Positions 30,189-39,867 of a stretch of DNA of 64,000 nt are shown here, one piece after another. Each line of letters opens with the position of its first letter. The stretch's first letter is position 1. The stretch lies in the NCBI GenBank assembly GCA_963809665.1, contig CAWEKC010000001.1, positions 222,219 through 286,218 of the forward strand, written 5' to 3'. This DNA comes from Candidatus Gottesmanbacteria bacterium. GTDB lineage: Bacteria; Patescibacteriota; Microgenomatia; UBA10105; UBA927. A program made the translations under genes and the position numbers. The notes under the pieces were generated by a model. It was not told where the DNA came from, ran no database searches, and worked only from the letters and a program-made list of their open reading frames with translations.

Positions 30189-31577
30189 ATGCGTAAGTCA
30201 AAGCACAAGACGGAGTGGTGGATTCGTGTTGGTATGTTTGCATGCCTGATTATTATTCTCTTAACGCTTAGCTTGGGGTTTGCGTTTGAAACAAACTATC
30301 AGGGACGGATCTATCCGCATGTGTCCGTCGGGAATATTGATGTAGCAGGCAAAACCCCTAAAGAAATCGAGGCCTATTGGATGGGAAAAAACACACCGTT
30401 TAGCAGCATGCAGTTTGAACTCGCCTACGACGGTAAGATTGCCACCCTTTCCGGAACGGATTTGAATCTGGGGTATGATGCGACACTTTCCGCAACACAG
30501 GCGTTCCTTGTCGGCCGTTCGCGGCAGTGGCTGTCGGATGTCTACTTTAAATTGTTTCAGACCCCTGTGAATCTCGCACCGTATTTCCGCTGGAACAGAT
30601 CAGTTATTGACAGCACATTAAATGAAATCGCGTCACAGGTTGATGTCCCTGCAACAGACGCGCTTTTCCAATTTCAAAACGGGAGGGTGTCAAGTTTCCG
30701 TCCGTCAGCTGACGGCAGGAGTCTCAATAAAGACGAGGCAACTACCCGGCTGTCCCAGGCATTCACTGCGGCGGCGGCTACCGGACAACAGCGCATAACA
30801 ATACTCATGCCCATCGATATGGTCAAACCCGCAGTCGCAACTGATCAGGTAAATACGTTTGGTGTTAAAGAGCTTATCGGTACCGGGTATTCGGAATTTG
30901 CCGGGTCCATAGCCGGAAGGATTCACAATGTAGCACTGGCTGCCGGAAGGCTTAACGGCATCCTTATCAAACCCGGGGAAACGTTCTCATTTAATGACGC
31001 CGTAGGCGATATATCCGCGGCCACCGGATATCAGTCTGCCTACATCATAAAAAACGGGCGAACGGTGCTGGGTGACGGCGGCGGAGTCTGTCAGGTGTCT
31101 ACTACATTGTTCCGCGCGGCCCTCTCCGCAGGTTTGCCGATAGTCGAACGGCATGCCCATGATTACCGCGTCCATTATTATGAAGAGGCGGGGTTTAAAC
31201 CCGGCTTAGATGCCACCGTCTATGGTCCTACGTATGATTTAAAATTTATTAACGATACGGCAACATACATTCTAATCCAGGCAAGAACTGATGTGACAAA
31301 CCTGTCGCTTACGTTTGATTTATACGGTACGGGCGACGGGCGTACGGCGCAAATTTTGAACCAGAAACTCTGGGGCGTTACACAGCCCCCGCCGGATCTG
31401 TATCAGGATGACCCGACACTCGCCAAAGGCGAAGTAAAGCAGGTCGATTTTTCGGCGTGGGGCGCTAAAGCATCGTTTGACTATCTCGTCACACGCGGGG
31501 CGCAGGTTCTGCAAAATACGACGTTTGTTTCCAATTACCGCCCCTGGCAAGCAGTTTTCCTGAAAGGAACTCTATGA
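30189..31577 (+). CDS. VanW-family protein with peptidoglycan-binding-type region
   Basis: GETFSFN, GGGVCQVSTTLF, ERHAH, DATV. Confidence 0.9.
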   Translation: MRKSKHKTEWWIRVGMFACLIIILLTLSLGFAFETNYQGRIYPHVSVGNIDVAGKTPKEIEAYWMGKNTPFSSMQFELAYDGKIATLSGTDLNLGYDATLSATQAFLVGRSRQWLSDVYFKLFQTPVNLAPYFRWNRSVIDSTLNEIASQVDVPATDALFQFQNGRVSSFRPSADGRSLNKDEATTRLSQAFTAAAATGQQRITILMPIDMVKPAVATDQVNTFGVKELIGTGYSEFAGSIAGRIHNVALAAGRLNGILIKPGETFSFNDAVGDISAATGYQSAYIIKNGRTVLGDGGGVCQVSTTLFRAALSAGLPIVERHAHDYRVHYYEEAGFKPGLDATVYGPTYDLKFINDTATYILIQARTDVTNLSLTFDLYGTGDGRTAQILNQKLWGVTQPPPDLYQDDPTLAKGEVKQVDFSAWGAKASFDYLVTRGAQVLQNTTFVSNYRPWQAVFLKGTL

Positions 31578-31993
31578 AAAAAATCATACTCGTCGGCGGA
31601 TGTTTTGATCTCTTGCACTTCGGTCATATCTCGTTTTTGAAACGGGCCAGATCACTGGGAGATTATCTCATCGTTGCACTTGAATCGGACGAAAATGTGC
31701 GGCGCATGAAGGGTGACGCGAGACCGATCCACACGCAGGCACAACGGAAGGAAATGATTGAATCACTATCGTGTGTCGATGAAGTCATCACACTTCCTCC
31801 CATGCACGGCTACCCGGATTATTTGGAGCTGGTTAAAAAAATCAAACCTGCAGTCATCGCCGTTACCGAAGGTGACCACGCAAAAATTAAAAAAGGCCAA
31901 CAGGCAAAAGAAATAGGGGCACAGCTTATCGAAATACCGAAAATCCATACCCCCTCGACCAGTCAACTGGTGAAACTCCTCGGCCTCGAGTAA
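31574..31993 (+). CDS. Cytidylyl/adenylyltransferase (TagD/RfaE-II/archaeal FAD synthase-like)
   Basis: GGCFDLLHFGH, C-terminal STS motif. Confidence 0.88.
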   Translation: MKKIILVGGCFDLLHFGHISFLKRARSLGDYLIVALESDENVRRMKGDARPIHTQAQRKEMIESLSCVDEVITLPPMHGYPDYLELVKKIKPAVIAVTEGDHAKIKKGQQAKEIGAQLIEIPKIHTPSTSQLVKLLGLE

Positions 31994-32002
31994 AATAGCC
32001 TC

Positions 32003-33160
32003 ATGGAGCGGAATATCAGGCTATTATCATTATTTAATTTCTTTACGGACTTTAAATTCCATAGTGCCGTCCTCATTATCTATTTTGCCCGCGTGACCGG
32101 TTCATATGTGCTGGCAACAAGCCTGTTTTCCGCTGTAATGTTATCCTCTGCCCTCTTTGAAATTCCCACCGGTATTTATTCCGACATCATCGGCAGGAAA
32201 AAAACAGTTATTCTCGGTGCACTGACGGCTACACTGTCTGCCGTTCTGTATGCCGCCGGCCACTCATACTGGCCGCTGTTTGCCGGAGCAATTCTGGAAG
32301 GTTTATCACGTGCATGGTACAGCGGCAACAATGACGCGCTCCTCTATGATTCCGTCCGCGAGTCGGGAAAATCCGAAACGTTCGCGCATCACTTGGGAAG
32401 AACAAGTTCTATGTTCCAGTTGGCGCTTATGTTCGGCGCGGTTATCGGAAGCATACTCGCACAGTGGTCTTTCTCTCTTATCATGTGGTTGTCCGTCATT
32501 CCACAGGTCATATGTTTCGGTATTTCATTTTACCTACGGAATCCGCAACATATCGTGAAAGGCGAAGCAAACATTTTTTCGCATATAAAAATATCCGCGT
32601 TTCATTTATGGAACAATAAACGACTAAAATTATTAACGCTTCAGGATATATTTCAGTTTGGTTTTGGAGAACCCGCTTTTCAATTTAATTCAGCGTTTAT
32701 TGCCACTATTTGGCCGATCTGGGCGATCGGATTCTCCAAAATGTTATCTTACGGAACTGCTTTTATTAGTTACTGGTTCAGCGGAAAAATTATTAAAAAA
32801 TTGGGAGAATATAATACATTAATATACGCAAATATATTTTCCCGTATTATTAACAGTGTTGCATATGCCGTACCCACTGTTGTTTCTCCGGTATTAACCG
32901 GAATGACCGGTATATGGTATGGTGCTAATGAAGTCTCTAAAAATGTCCTTATGCAGCAAGAATATACCCAAGAACAACGGGCGACGCTTTCATCGATAAG
33001 TGCTTTTTTGGGAAATATATTTTTTAGTCTTTTCGCTCCAATCCTTGGTTTGTTTGCCGATTCATTCGGGCCTGCAAAAGCTATGATAATGGTTCAATTT
33101 TGTATGCTTTCAGTGTTAGTTATTAATATTAAATTGAAATATGAACATTCTCGCAATTGA
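32003..33160 (+). CDS. MFS transporter
   Basis: EIPTG..SD.IGRK, SG...ALLYDS, about 12 TM helices. Confidence 0.88.
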   Translation: MERNIRLLSLFNFFTDFKFHSAVLIIYFARVTGSYVLATSLFSAVMLSSALFEIPTGIYSDIIGRKKTVILGALTATLSAVLYAAGHSYWPLFAGAILEGLSRAWYSGNNDALLYDSVRESGKSETFAHHLGRTSSMFQLALMFGAVIGSILAQWSFSLIMWLSVIPQVICFGISFYLRNPQHIVKGEANIFSHIKISAFHLWNNKRLKLLTLQDIFQFGFGEPAFQFNSAFIATIWPIWAIGFSKMLSYGTAFISYWFSGKIIKKLGEYNTLIYANIFSRIINSVAYAVPTVVSPVLTGMTGIWYGANEVSKNVLMQQEYTQEQRATLSSISAFLGNIFFSLFAPILGLFADSFGPAKAMIMVQFCMLSVLVINIKLKYEHSRN

Positions 33161-34124
33161 ATCATCGTGTGACGAAACCGCTGCGGCGGTAGTTACCGAC
33201 GGCGTGACCGTTATACGCAGTGTCATCGCAACGAGCGCCGCCATGCATGCCAAATACGGAGGAATCGTACCGGAGGTGGCAGCACGCGAACAGCTTAAGG
33301 TGATTATTCCCACGATTAAAGAAGCAACCGATACAACGGACTATGATGCAATTGCAATAACGGTCGGGCCGGGACTGATCGGGTCGCTCTTAGTCGGCGT
33401 GGAGACCGCAAAAACCATGGCGATGGTTACGGGCAAACCGATTATCCCTGTCAATCATGTGCTGGCACACATGTATGCGAATTTTATCGGCGGTACGAAG
33501 ATTGAATTTCCCGCTATCTCACTGGTTGTATCCGGCGGACATACGGAATTATTTCTTATGAAATCTCCGAAGCAATTACATTGGCTCGGCGGGACACTCG
33601 ATGATGCCGCAGGCGAAGCCTTTGATAAAACCGCACGGCTGTTGGGTTTTGAAAACCGCGGAGGGCCGGCAATACAGGAGTCAGCCGCCAAATTTCAGGT
33701 GGAGAAATCCGCATTCAAAACCAAACTCCCCCGGCCCCTCCTCCATGACGGGTCGCTTAATTTCTCTTTTTCAGGACTCAAAACCGCAATCTGGCGGGAA
33801 TGGAATAAACTCACGGATATCGATGAAGACGTAACCAGTGCATTTGCCAGCGAAGTCCAGGAATCCATTACCGATGTGTTGGTTGCCAAAACTATAAACG
33901 CAGTGGAAAAATACAGTGCCAAATCCGTCCTCGTTTCCGGCGGAGTTGCTGCCAATCTTAGGCTGCGTGAAAAATTTTTGTCTGTCACGGGATCTTTTAA
34001 TGCCCCGCCGGTACCCTTATGTACGGATAATGCCGTCTACATCGCCAGTTACGCATATTTCCGGGGGGCTCCCGCCGACTGGCACACCGTTACCGCAATT
34101 CCGAACCTTTCTGTTGAAGAATAG
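33141..34124 (+). CDS. tsaD: tRNA N6-threonylcarbamoyltransferase TsaD
   Basis: IESSCDET, GPGL, NHVLAH, SGGHT, DDAAGEAFDK, FSFSGLKT, CTDNA. Confidence 0.97.
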   Translation: MNILAIESSCDETAAAVVTDGVTVIRSVIATSAAMHAKYGGIVPEVAAREQLKVIIPTIKEATDTTDYDAIAITVGPGLIGSLLVGVETAKTMAMVTGKPIIPVNHVLAHMYANFIGGTKIEFPAISLVVSGGHTELFLMKSPKQLHWLGGTLDDAAGEAFDKTARLLGFENRGGPAIQESAAKFQVEKSAFKTKLPRPLLHDGSLNFSFSGLKTAIWREWNKLTDIDEDVTSAFASEVQESITDVLVAKTINAVEKYSAKSVLVSGGVAANLRLREKFLSVTGSFNAPPVPLCTDNAVYIASYAYFRGAPADWHTVTAIPNLSVEE

Positions 34125-34614
34125 CCGCTTCTTCGACACACCACGGGGAATATTTTCCGGGAATATTCTGGATTTCAGCTAAAAATTCCAGCCACCCCAT
34201 CCATTGCCACTCACCCACTTCGTTCGGATCGGGTTTGGGGTCTTCCTGAGTATGACCCACAAGGACAGGGCAAATTTCATTTTCCATAATGCCGTGGAAG
34301 TCAGTAAACCTATACCGGTACGGAGCAACAACTTTAATGTCTTCTGCGACAATTCCTAATTCGTCTTTCAACCGGCGTTTGGCCGCTTCAACAACATCTT
34401 CCTTCTGCCCGGGATGTCCGCAGACCGTATTGGTCCACACACCCGGAAATGTTTTTTTTGTGTCCGCGCGGCGGGTAATCAGAAGGTCATGGTTACGGTT
34501 AAATATGAAGAGTGAAAACCCGCGGTGCAGCGGTGTCTGAAATGAATGTACCGTACCTTTATGCGCGGTTCCTATTTCGTTATTTTGTTCATCAACTAAA
34601 ACAACAGAGTCCAT
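34090..34614 (-). CDS. idi: Isopentenyl-diphosphate isomerase type I (Nudix)
   Basis: LHRGFS, WTNTVCGHP, RRLKDELGI, ENEICPV, SPW. Confidence 0.95.
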   Translation of the reverse strand: MDSVVLVDEQNNEIGTAHKGTVHSFQTPLHRGFSLFIFNRNHDLLITRRADTKKTFPGVWTNTVCGHPGQKEDVVEAAKRRLKDELGIVAEDIKVVAPYRYRFTDFHGIMENEICPVLVGHTQEDPKPDPNEVGEWQWMGWLEFLAEIQNIPGKYSPWCVEEAAILQQKGSELR

Positions 34615-34615
34615 G

Positions 34616-34687
34616 TGGGGCCGCTTGGAATCGGACCAAGTGCATCGATCTTATAAGGATCGCGTTCTACCGATGAACTACGGCCCC
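34616..34687 (-). tRNA. tRNA-Ile, anticodon UAU (CCA not encoded)
   Basis: GGGGCCG/CGGCCCC acceptor stem, GTTC/GAAC D stem, CGATC-CTTATAA-GATCG anticodon arm, CTTGG-TCCGATT-CCAAG T arm, discriminator A. Confidence 0.9.
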
Positions 34688-34735
34688 CTGTATTCCGTAT
34701 TTTATCAAAAACCGAAGATATTTATCTAACAGTGG

Positions 34736-36133
34736 TCAGACGGCAGGAAGAAGCTGTATCATTTTTGCTTCTAGATCGCGTGCGCGTTTCTCGGTTTTTC
34801 CGAATATGATATATCCAAGCTGATGATACGACAGAAGATTCTCCGAAATAATAATAAGTCCTTCACGGGTTTGTTTGTTAAATAATACCGACGCGAGTAT
34901 TGTGAGCATTTCATTAAATGTATACGTCTTCTTTTCCGTTAATTTATACGCGTTATTGGATAATATGTACGTGAGATACATAAAGTCTTTTCCGAATAAT
35001 TTCTCCGCAGTGGCGAATACATGGGTGCCGCCGGTGCGTCTGACGTTTGATTCCGTCACATACAACTGTCCGTTTTTGGACGCCACAAAATCCACATCGA
35101 AATATCCGCGGTACCCGTTAGCCCGGTATTGCTCGCCGATAAAAAACCCCGTATCTACCATGCGGACCGCAGCCTGCTCCGAGATGGCGTCATTATGTAT
35201 TTCCATGCCGCGGAATACACCGTCTTTTGTCACACGCATGCCGCAGTAATACAGAAATTCCACGTGCCCGTTTTTCAAAATCTGAAATTCAACGTTCGGA
35301 AATCCCCCTCCGACCGCAGGGTTGACGGAAAGAAGCGATTCGATGACTATCGGAAACAGTTTCCAGTACTCATCTTTTGCCAACTTGTTCAAAATCGCTT
35401 TTTGACATAACGAATACTCGGATGGCAATTCTCCCTCGCGTAATAACAGTACTCCTGCTCCGGAATGACCCTTATTGGTTTTGAGGACCACGCCGTGTTC
35501 ACTCACGTATTTATTTGCCGCGATACGCGACGCATCAATGATGCCGCTGGCGACTATGCCGTCCGGCATAATAAAATCCGGTTCAGCCGCACGGCTCTGC
35601 TGAGACAGTTGCCGTATACCGGATTTGCTTCCGAAAAAGTTTACCGTCCAGGCATCTTCTTCTTCCGGAGCTTCCGGCGTAAATATTGTCAACCCGCGCT
35701 CCCGAAGCACCCGTATGAGATCAAGGAATTGCTGGGATGTCGTATAACTCTTCACGACCAGTCTCTGGTGTCCGTTGGCCGCCGTAACTAACGCCTGCAT
35801 GACTGCGTCATCATGAAGGATATCCTCACAAATAACGCCTGAGTGTTTTTTGGGAACCAGCACCCGGAAATCCCGTTTCCCGAACAGCGAGGTAACATAA
35901 TCAAAAAATACCCCGTCGACAGGACGGGGCAGCACAAATATCATGCTTTCTTCCGCACAAAATGAAAAAAGATCCCGGTCCCCCAAATCTGCATTTTCTT
36001 CTATTTCCAGCATTCGCGCCTCTTTATCAGACATGGCGCTGATGAACGGCCACACGTCTTCCGACATGTTAAAAATATACACTGTGGATTCCGGAAGTTT
36101 GGGTAAACTAAACGGAGGATCTTTGCTATCCAT
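34736..36133 (-). CDS. ATP-grasp fold ligase of unknown substrate
   Basis: VVLKTNKGHSGAGV, GYFDVDF, ESNVRRTG (ExNxR). Confidence 0.75.
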   Translation of the reverse strand: MDSKDPPFSLPKLPESTVYIFNMSEDVWPFISAMSDKEARMLEIEENADLGDRDLFSFCAEESMIFVLPRPVDGVFFDYVTSLFGKRDFRVLVPKKHSGVICEDILHDDAVMQALVTAANGHQRLVVKSYTTSQQFLDLIRVLRERGLTIFTPEAPEEEDAWTVNFFGSKSGIRQLSQQSRAAEPDFIMPDGIVASGIIDASRIAANKYVSEHGVVLKTNKGHSGAGVLLLREGELPSEYSLCQKAILNKLAKDEYWKLFPIVIESLLSVNPAVGGGFPNVEFQILKNGHVEFLYYCGMRVTKDGVFRGMEIHNDAISEQAAVRMVDTGFFIGEQYRANGYRGYFDVDFVASKNGQLYVTESNVRRTGGTHVFATAEKLFGKDFMYLTYILSNNAYKLTEKKTYTFNEMLTILASVLFNKQTREGLIIISENLLSYHQLGYIIFGKTEKRARDLEAKMIQLLPAV

Positions 36134-36181
36134 GGTACATACTGTAGAATACTGCAACGGGCGGAGAAGTAAATAGGTAAT

Positions 36182-38536
36182 TTACAATCGTGCGCGTTGT
36201 GATATCTCTGCTTCAACAAGATCCTGTGAACGGCCGTATTTCAGACGCGACAGCTGGATGATTGCGTCGGCGATTTTCTGGCTGCGTGATGCATTTACTT
36301 TTGTCATGTCTTTCGTGAGATCTATGCTGAATGGTTTGACCGGTTCATTGTGGACATTTGTTTTAACATAGGCGTTATATTTATCAATGTTAATGAGATC
36401 CGCCTCATTAAACGTCGGCTGATATTCATGCTGCAGATAATTTGCATCTGTCACGCCAACACGGAATCCGATGAGCGTCCCGACGTTGCCGAACACGGCG
36501 TTTTTCACTTCTTCCTCCATCTGACCGATGAATTGATTGGCAACGATTAAATTTAATCTGTATTTGCGCGCCTCGGACAATATCTGGGCGAAATCCGGCG
36601 TTGCAAAATTTTGGAACTCATCAACATAGAGATAAAAATCCCGTCGTTTCTCTTCCGGTAATTCCTGCCGGCTCATGGCCGAAATAAGAATCCGCGGCAC
36701 TAAAATAAGTCCGAGGAAATTACTGTTCTCTTCGCCGATTTTCCCCTTTGCAAGGTTCACGAGCAATATCTTGCCTTCATCCATAACTTTTCTAAAATCA
36801 AAACTCGATTCTGACTGACCGATGATGTTGCGCATCAACTTGTTTGTGACAAAACGGCCGAACTTCGACACGATATAATCCAATACTTCTGACTTATGAA
36901 AGTCGGCGGTCTGCGCAATCTGATCTGTCCAGTAACGCCGGACAATCGGATCCTGAAGCCTGGGCAACAGTTCCTGTACAAAGGTACTGTCCGTCAGCAC
37001 ACGAACAACCTCAACAAACGTATTCCCGGGGTCCACCATGACGGTAAGCATGGCATTCCTGATCGCGTGTTCAAACCTCGGTCCGATAATTCCGGTCTTC
37101 ATCGGATCGTACAGTTTATACATGAGGCCGACGATCGATGTCACGACAAAATGTTTCTGTTCTTCCGTCCGTGCTTCGAGCATATTTAACCCCATCGGCC
37201 GCTCGGTATCCGACGGATCAAAATAAATGACGTCCTCCGCGCGCGACGGCGGAATTCGGGAGATCACGCCGTCAATGAGGTCTCCGTGGGGATCGACGAC
37301 TGCAACTCCTTTCCCTTCATGAATGTCCTGCACAATCATTTCCTCCAAAAGCTGCGATTTACCGGTACCGGTTTTCCCGATGATGTATATGTGCCGCCGG
37401 CGGTCTTCGTCGCTGATATAAATCGGCCGTTCAATGCCCCGATACCGGGACTTTCCTAAATACAATCCCGTTGTCGGAATCTGGGATGGAGCCGGGGCCC
37501 GTTTTGCATTAAGCCAAAAAATGTGCGCGGTCTCCACCGTTTTATTGGGAAGATGATACAGGGTAGCTAGTTCATCACTGTTAAGTGTGCTGAACTGGGG
37601 TAAAAACGGAAAATTAAGCACCGGAAAATACCGGTAAATAAAATCCATCATAAATAATTTTTTCGTAAACAACGGGAATTTCACTTTTGTAAAATAATTG
37701 TTGTCGGACGAAAACTGTCCGAAACTCGTCAGTAAATTATCAAGATGCATTTTGGCGTTTTCCTGGCTCGTGGACGACACGACAAGCCGGACGACCGTGT
37801 TGAATCCCGGCTTGCCTGTTTTTTGCTCTATCGCTTCCAATGACTTGGGATCCACTTTATAGCTCGCTTTTTCCGGATTGGACTCGTCTTTCTTCACTTT
37901 CGATACGTAGGAACGTCCGAGAGACCGCCACTTGCTGTCCGTCGGCTGAATCAAAACCTGGATGACTGCCCCTTCTCCCGGACCCATTTTTGCCAATACC
38001 GATGTTATGGACGAGAGCGGATCTGTGGGTAAATCCCGGAAAACCCTGATCGGCAGATACTGTGCATATTTTAACCGGAGCGCTGCGAACGCCACGCTCC
38101 CCTGCGGTGAAAATATGGAATATTCTTCCACCTCTTTAATATCCGCCCCGGGATACGCACCGTGAACCTGTTTTTCCACAAGATCCATAAATTTCCGCGG
38201 AACTGCTGCGTAAAAGCGTATATCTTCCTGTTTCGCGACAATTTCAAACGATAAATGAGGCTGGGGGCTAAGGAACGACCAGAAACCGGACTTGCGGATA
38301 TTGTACAAACTGGCAAACAATTGTTCCGCTGCGTCAATCTTTATTTCATTTTCTCTTGGTACTGCCATCTGAAGGAGGACATAATCAAGCGACCTCTCTT
38401 CCCGGTCGCGGTATTTCCACAAAAGGAATATTGCATACGCCAAAAGACAAAATCCTCCCAGAAGAACGACTATCAGGAGTGTACTTATTCCGAAAACTTC
38501 AATTCTATAGAAAACATCCAATGCTTCTGTCGGCAT
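36182..38536 (-). CDS. TraG/VirD4/HerA-like P-loop ATPase with N-terminal membrane anchor
   Basis: RRRHIYIIGKTGTGKS, DPHGD, LYVDEFQNF, SEARKYRL..ANQ, FGNVG. Confidence 0.88.
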   Translation of the reverse strand: MPTEALDVFYRIEVFGISTLLIVVLLGGFCLLAYAIFLLWKYRDREERSLDYVLLQMAVPRENEIKIDAAEQLFASLYNIRKSGFWSFLSPQPHLSFEIVAKQEDIRFYAAVPRKFMDLVEKQVHGAYPGADIKEVEEYSIFSPQGSVAFAALRLKYAQYLPIRVFRDLPTDPLSSITSVLAKMGPGEGAVIQVLIQPTDSKWRSLGRSYVSKVKKDESNPEKASYKVDPKSLEAIEQKTGKPGFNTVVRLVVSSTSQENAKMHLDNLLTSFGQFSSDNNYFTKVKFPLFTKKLFMMDFIYRYFPVLNFPFLPQFSTLNSDELATLYHLPNKTVETAHIFWLNAKRAPAPSQIPTTGLYLGKSRYRGIERPIYISDEDRRRHIYIIGKTGTGKSQLLEEMIVQDIHEGKGVAVVDPHGDLIDGVISRIPPSRAEDVIYFDPSDTERPMGLNMLEARTEEQKHFVVTSIVGLMYKLYDPMKTGIIGPRFEHAIRNAMLTVMVDPGNTFVEVVRVLTDSTFVQELLPRLQDPIVRRYWTDQIAQTADFHKSEVLDYIVSKFGRFVTNKLMRNIIGQSESSFDFRKVMDEGKILLVNLAKGKIGEENSNFLGLILVPRILISAMSRQELPEEKRRDFYLYVDEFQNFATPDFAQILSEARKYRLNLIVANQFIGQMEEEVKNAVFGNVGTLIGFRVGVTDANYLQHEYQPTFNEADLINIDKYNAYVKTNVHNEPVKPFSIDLTKDMTKVNASRSQKIADAIIQLSRLKYGRSQDLVEAEISQRARL

Positions 38537-38540
38537 ACCA

Positions 38541-38939
38541 TCATTGTCTCACACGTGTGAGTCCTCCGTGAATACTTTTAAGTCCTTTGTGTAATTGTTT
38601 TAAACGGCGCTCACACCACTTGGCCAGCCAATGCCAGGAACTCTGGACGCTTTGTTTTAATCCCATTGCGATCTGGTCATCGGATAACGGTACTGTTACG
38701 GCCGGTGCCGTCGCGGGAATATTTTGCCCTGCAGGGCGTACTCCCAATTCGCCTATCTTCGGCGGGACAGGGAGTGACATGGGCTGTACTTTGACTCCCG
38801 ATGATGCTACTTCAGGTGACAACTCAGTTTCAACAGCCGTAGGACGGATTGGTGCTTCCGTTGCGGGGACGGCTTCCTGTTCCTTGTTTATTGATCCGCC
38901 AGCTGGCGGACTCCCCACGGGCAAAGGCAGGTCATTCAT
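38541..38939 (-). CDS. Hypothetical protein (Pro-rich N-terminus, SSWHWLAKWC helix)
   Basis: 132 aa ORF directly upstream of the ATPase; TGATATGAT lies 6 nt before ATG. Confidence 0.7.
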   Translation of the reverse strand: MNDLPLPVGSPPAGGSINKEQEAVPATEAPIRPTAVETELSPEVASSGVKVQPMSLPVPPKIGELGVRPAGQNIPATAPAVTVPLSDDQIAMGLKQSVQSSWHWLAKWCERRLKQLHKGLKSIHGGLTRVRQ

Positions 38940-38951
38940 AGTCTTATCATA

Positions 38952-39452
38952 TCACGGATGGAGTATTTTTAACCTGGGGCGGAGTGCTTTTATCAGTGCG
39001 TAGCTTCCGAAAAATATCGTGACATACGAAAAATCTCCGAGAAGCGAATTCCTGAAAAACGGCAAGGCCATGATATAGGAATCCATTAAACCGGCCAGCG
39101 TCCCGGGGTACATGGATCCGGGCATGTACCAAACGGCAAAATTAGTCACGAGATAAAAAAGAATTGAAGAGGTGAACGTAACCCCTGCAATACGAAGTAC
39201 AGATTGTTTCCGCAGCAGCATCGTAGCCAGCAGTACTGAAAGAGCGATACTTCCATATGTTGCCCACATTACTGCATGGAAACCTAACACCGCGTCGGAA
39301 AGAAGCATTGTTGCAACTGTAATACCCAATGCTTTTCCGGCCCCGTATTTGCTGCCGGAAAAAACCGCCAGCGCACCGACGGCAGTGATGTTTGCAGGAT
39401 GCGGTGCAAGCCGTGAAAGTACACCGAGTATGATTAAAAGCACAGTGTCCAT
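38952..39452 (-). CDS. DUF6580-like putative ECF S-component (probable cobalamin transporter)
   Basis: SRLAPHPANITAVGALAVF, LSD.VLGF, FYLVTNFAVW, ALPFFRNSLLGD; downstream of a B12 riboswitch. Confidence 0.75.
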   Translation of the reverse strand: MDTVLLIILGVLSRLAPHPANITAVGALAVFSGSKYGAGKALGITVATMLLSDAVLGFHAVMWATYGSIALSVLLATMLLRKQSVLRIAGVTFTSSILFYLVTNFAVWYMPGSMYPGTLAGLMDSYIMALPFFRNSLLGDFSYVTIFFGSYALIKALRPRLKILHP

Positions 39453-39453
39453 A

Positions 39454-39867
39454 TTATTCTATCGCGGGCGTGATATATTTCCACTCTACCGTATCCCCGG
39501 CATTGAGATTTTGCTTGTCCGCTGCAACGGTTCCTGATGTTCCGTTGACAAAATAAATCCAGGATTTTTCTTTTGTATTGGCAAACGTTCCTATTTGTTC
39601 GACATATACACCGAAATCGTATTGTTTAGTTTTCAGTTCAAGATTTTGTTTTTTGGCGGCTGTTGAAAGAGCCTGAAAGGCGTTTTGAGCTGTGACGCCT
39701 GAAATAGTGGCAACCGTCGTACCTGTATCGAGTGTCACTGATACCGACGGAGCTGTAGGTGTCGTGGTTGTTGTAGAAACACCGGGCGGTCGGATAAATA
39801 GGGTTTTCGGGGTAAAAATAAACAGCGCAGCAAGTATGATTGCTACAATAATGATGATTCGTTTCAT
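39454..39867 (-). CDS. DUF4430 (transcobalamin C-terminal-like) membrane-anchored protein
   Basis: N-terminal TM; FGVYVEQIG, WIYFVNG, GD.VEWKY. Confidence 0.82.
   Translation of the reverse strand: MKRIIIIVAIILAALFIFTPKTLFIRPPGVSTTTTTPTAPSVSVTLDTGTTVATISGVTAQNAFQALSTAAKKQNLELKTKQYDFGVYVEQIGTFANTKEKSWIYFVNGTSGTVAADKQNLNAGDTVEWKYITPAIE

Noticed and set aside
30189-31577. Vancomycin resistance cluster
   Set aside because: VanW-family domain alone, with no vanHAX or vanRS
36182-38536. Conjugative element or ICE
   Set aside because: No relaxase, integrase, VirB genes or att repeats seen, including at the nearby tRNA
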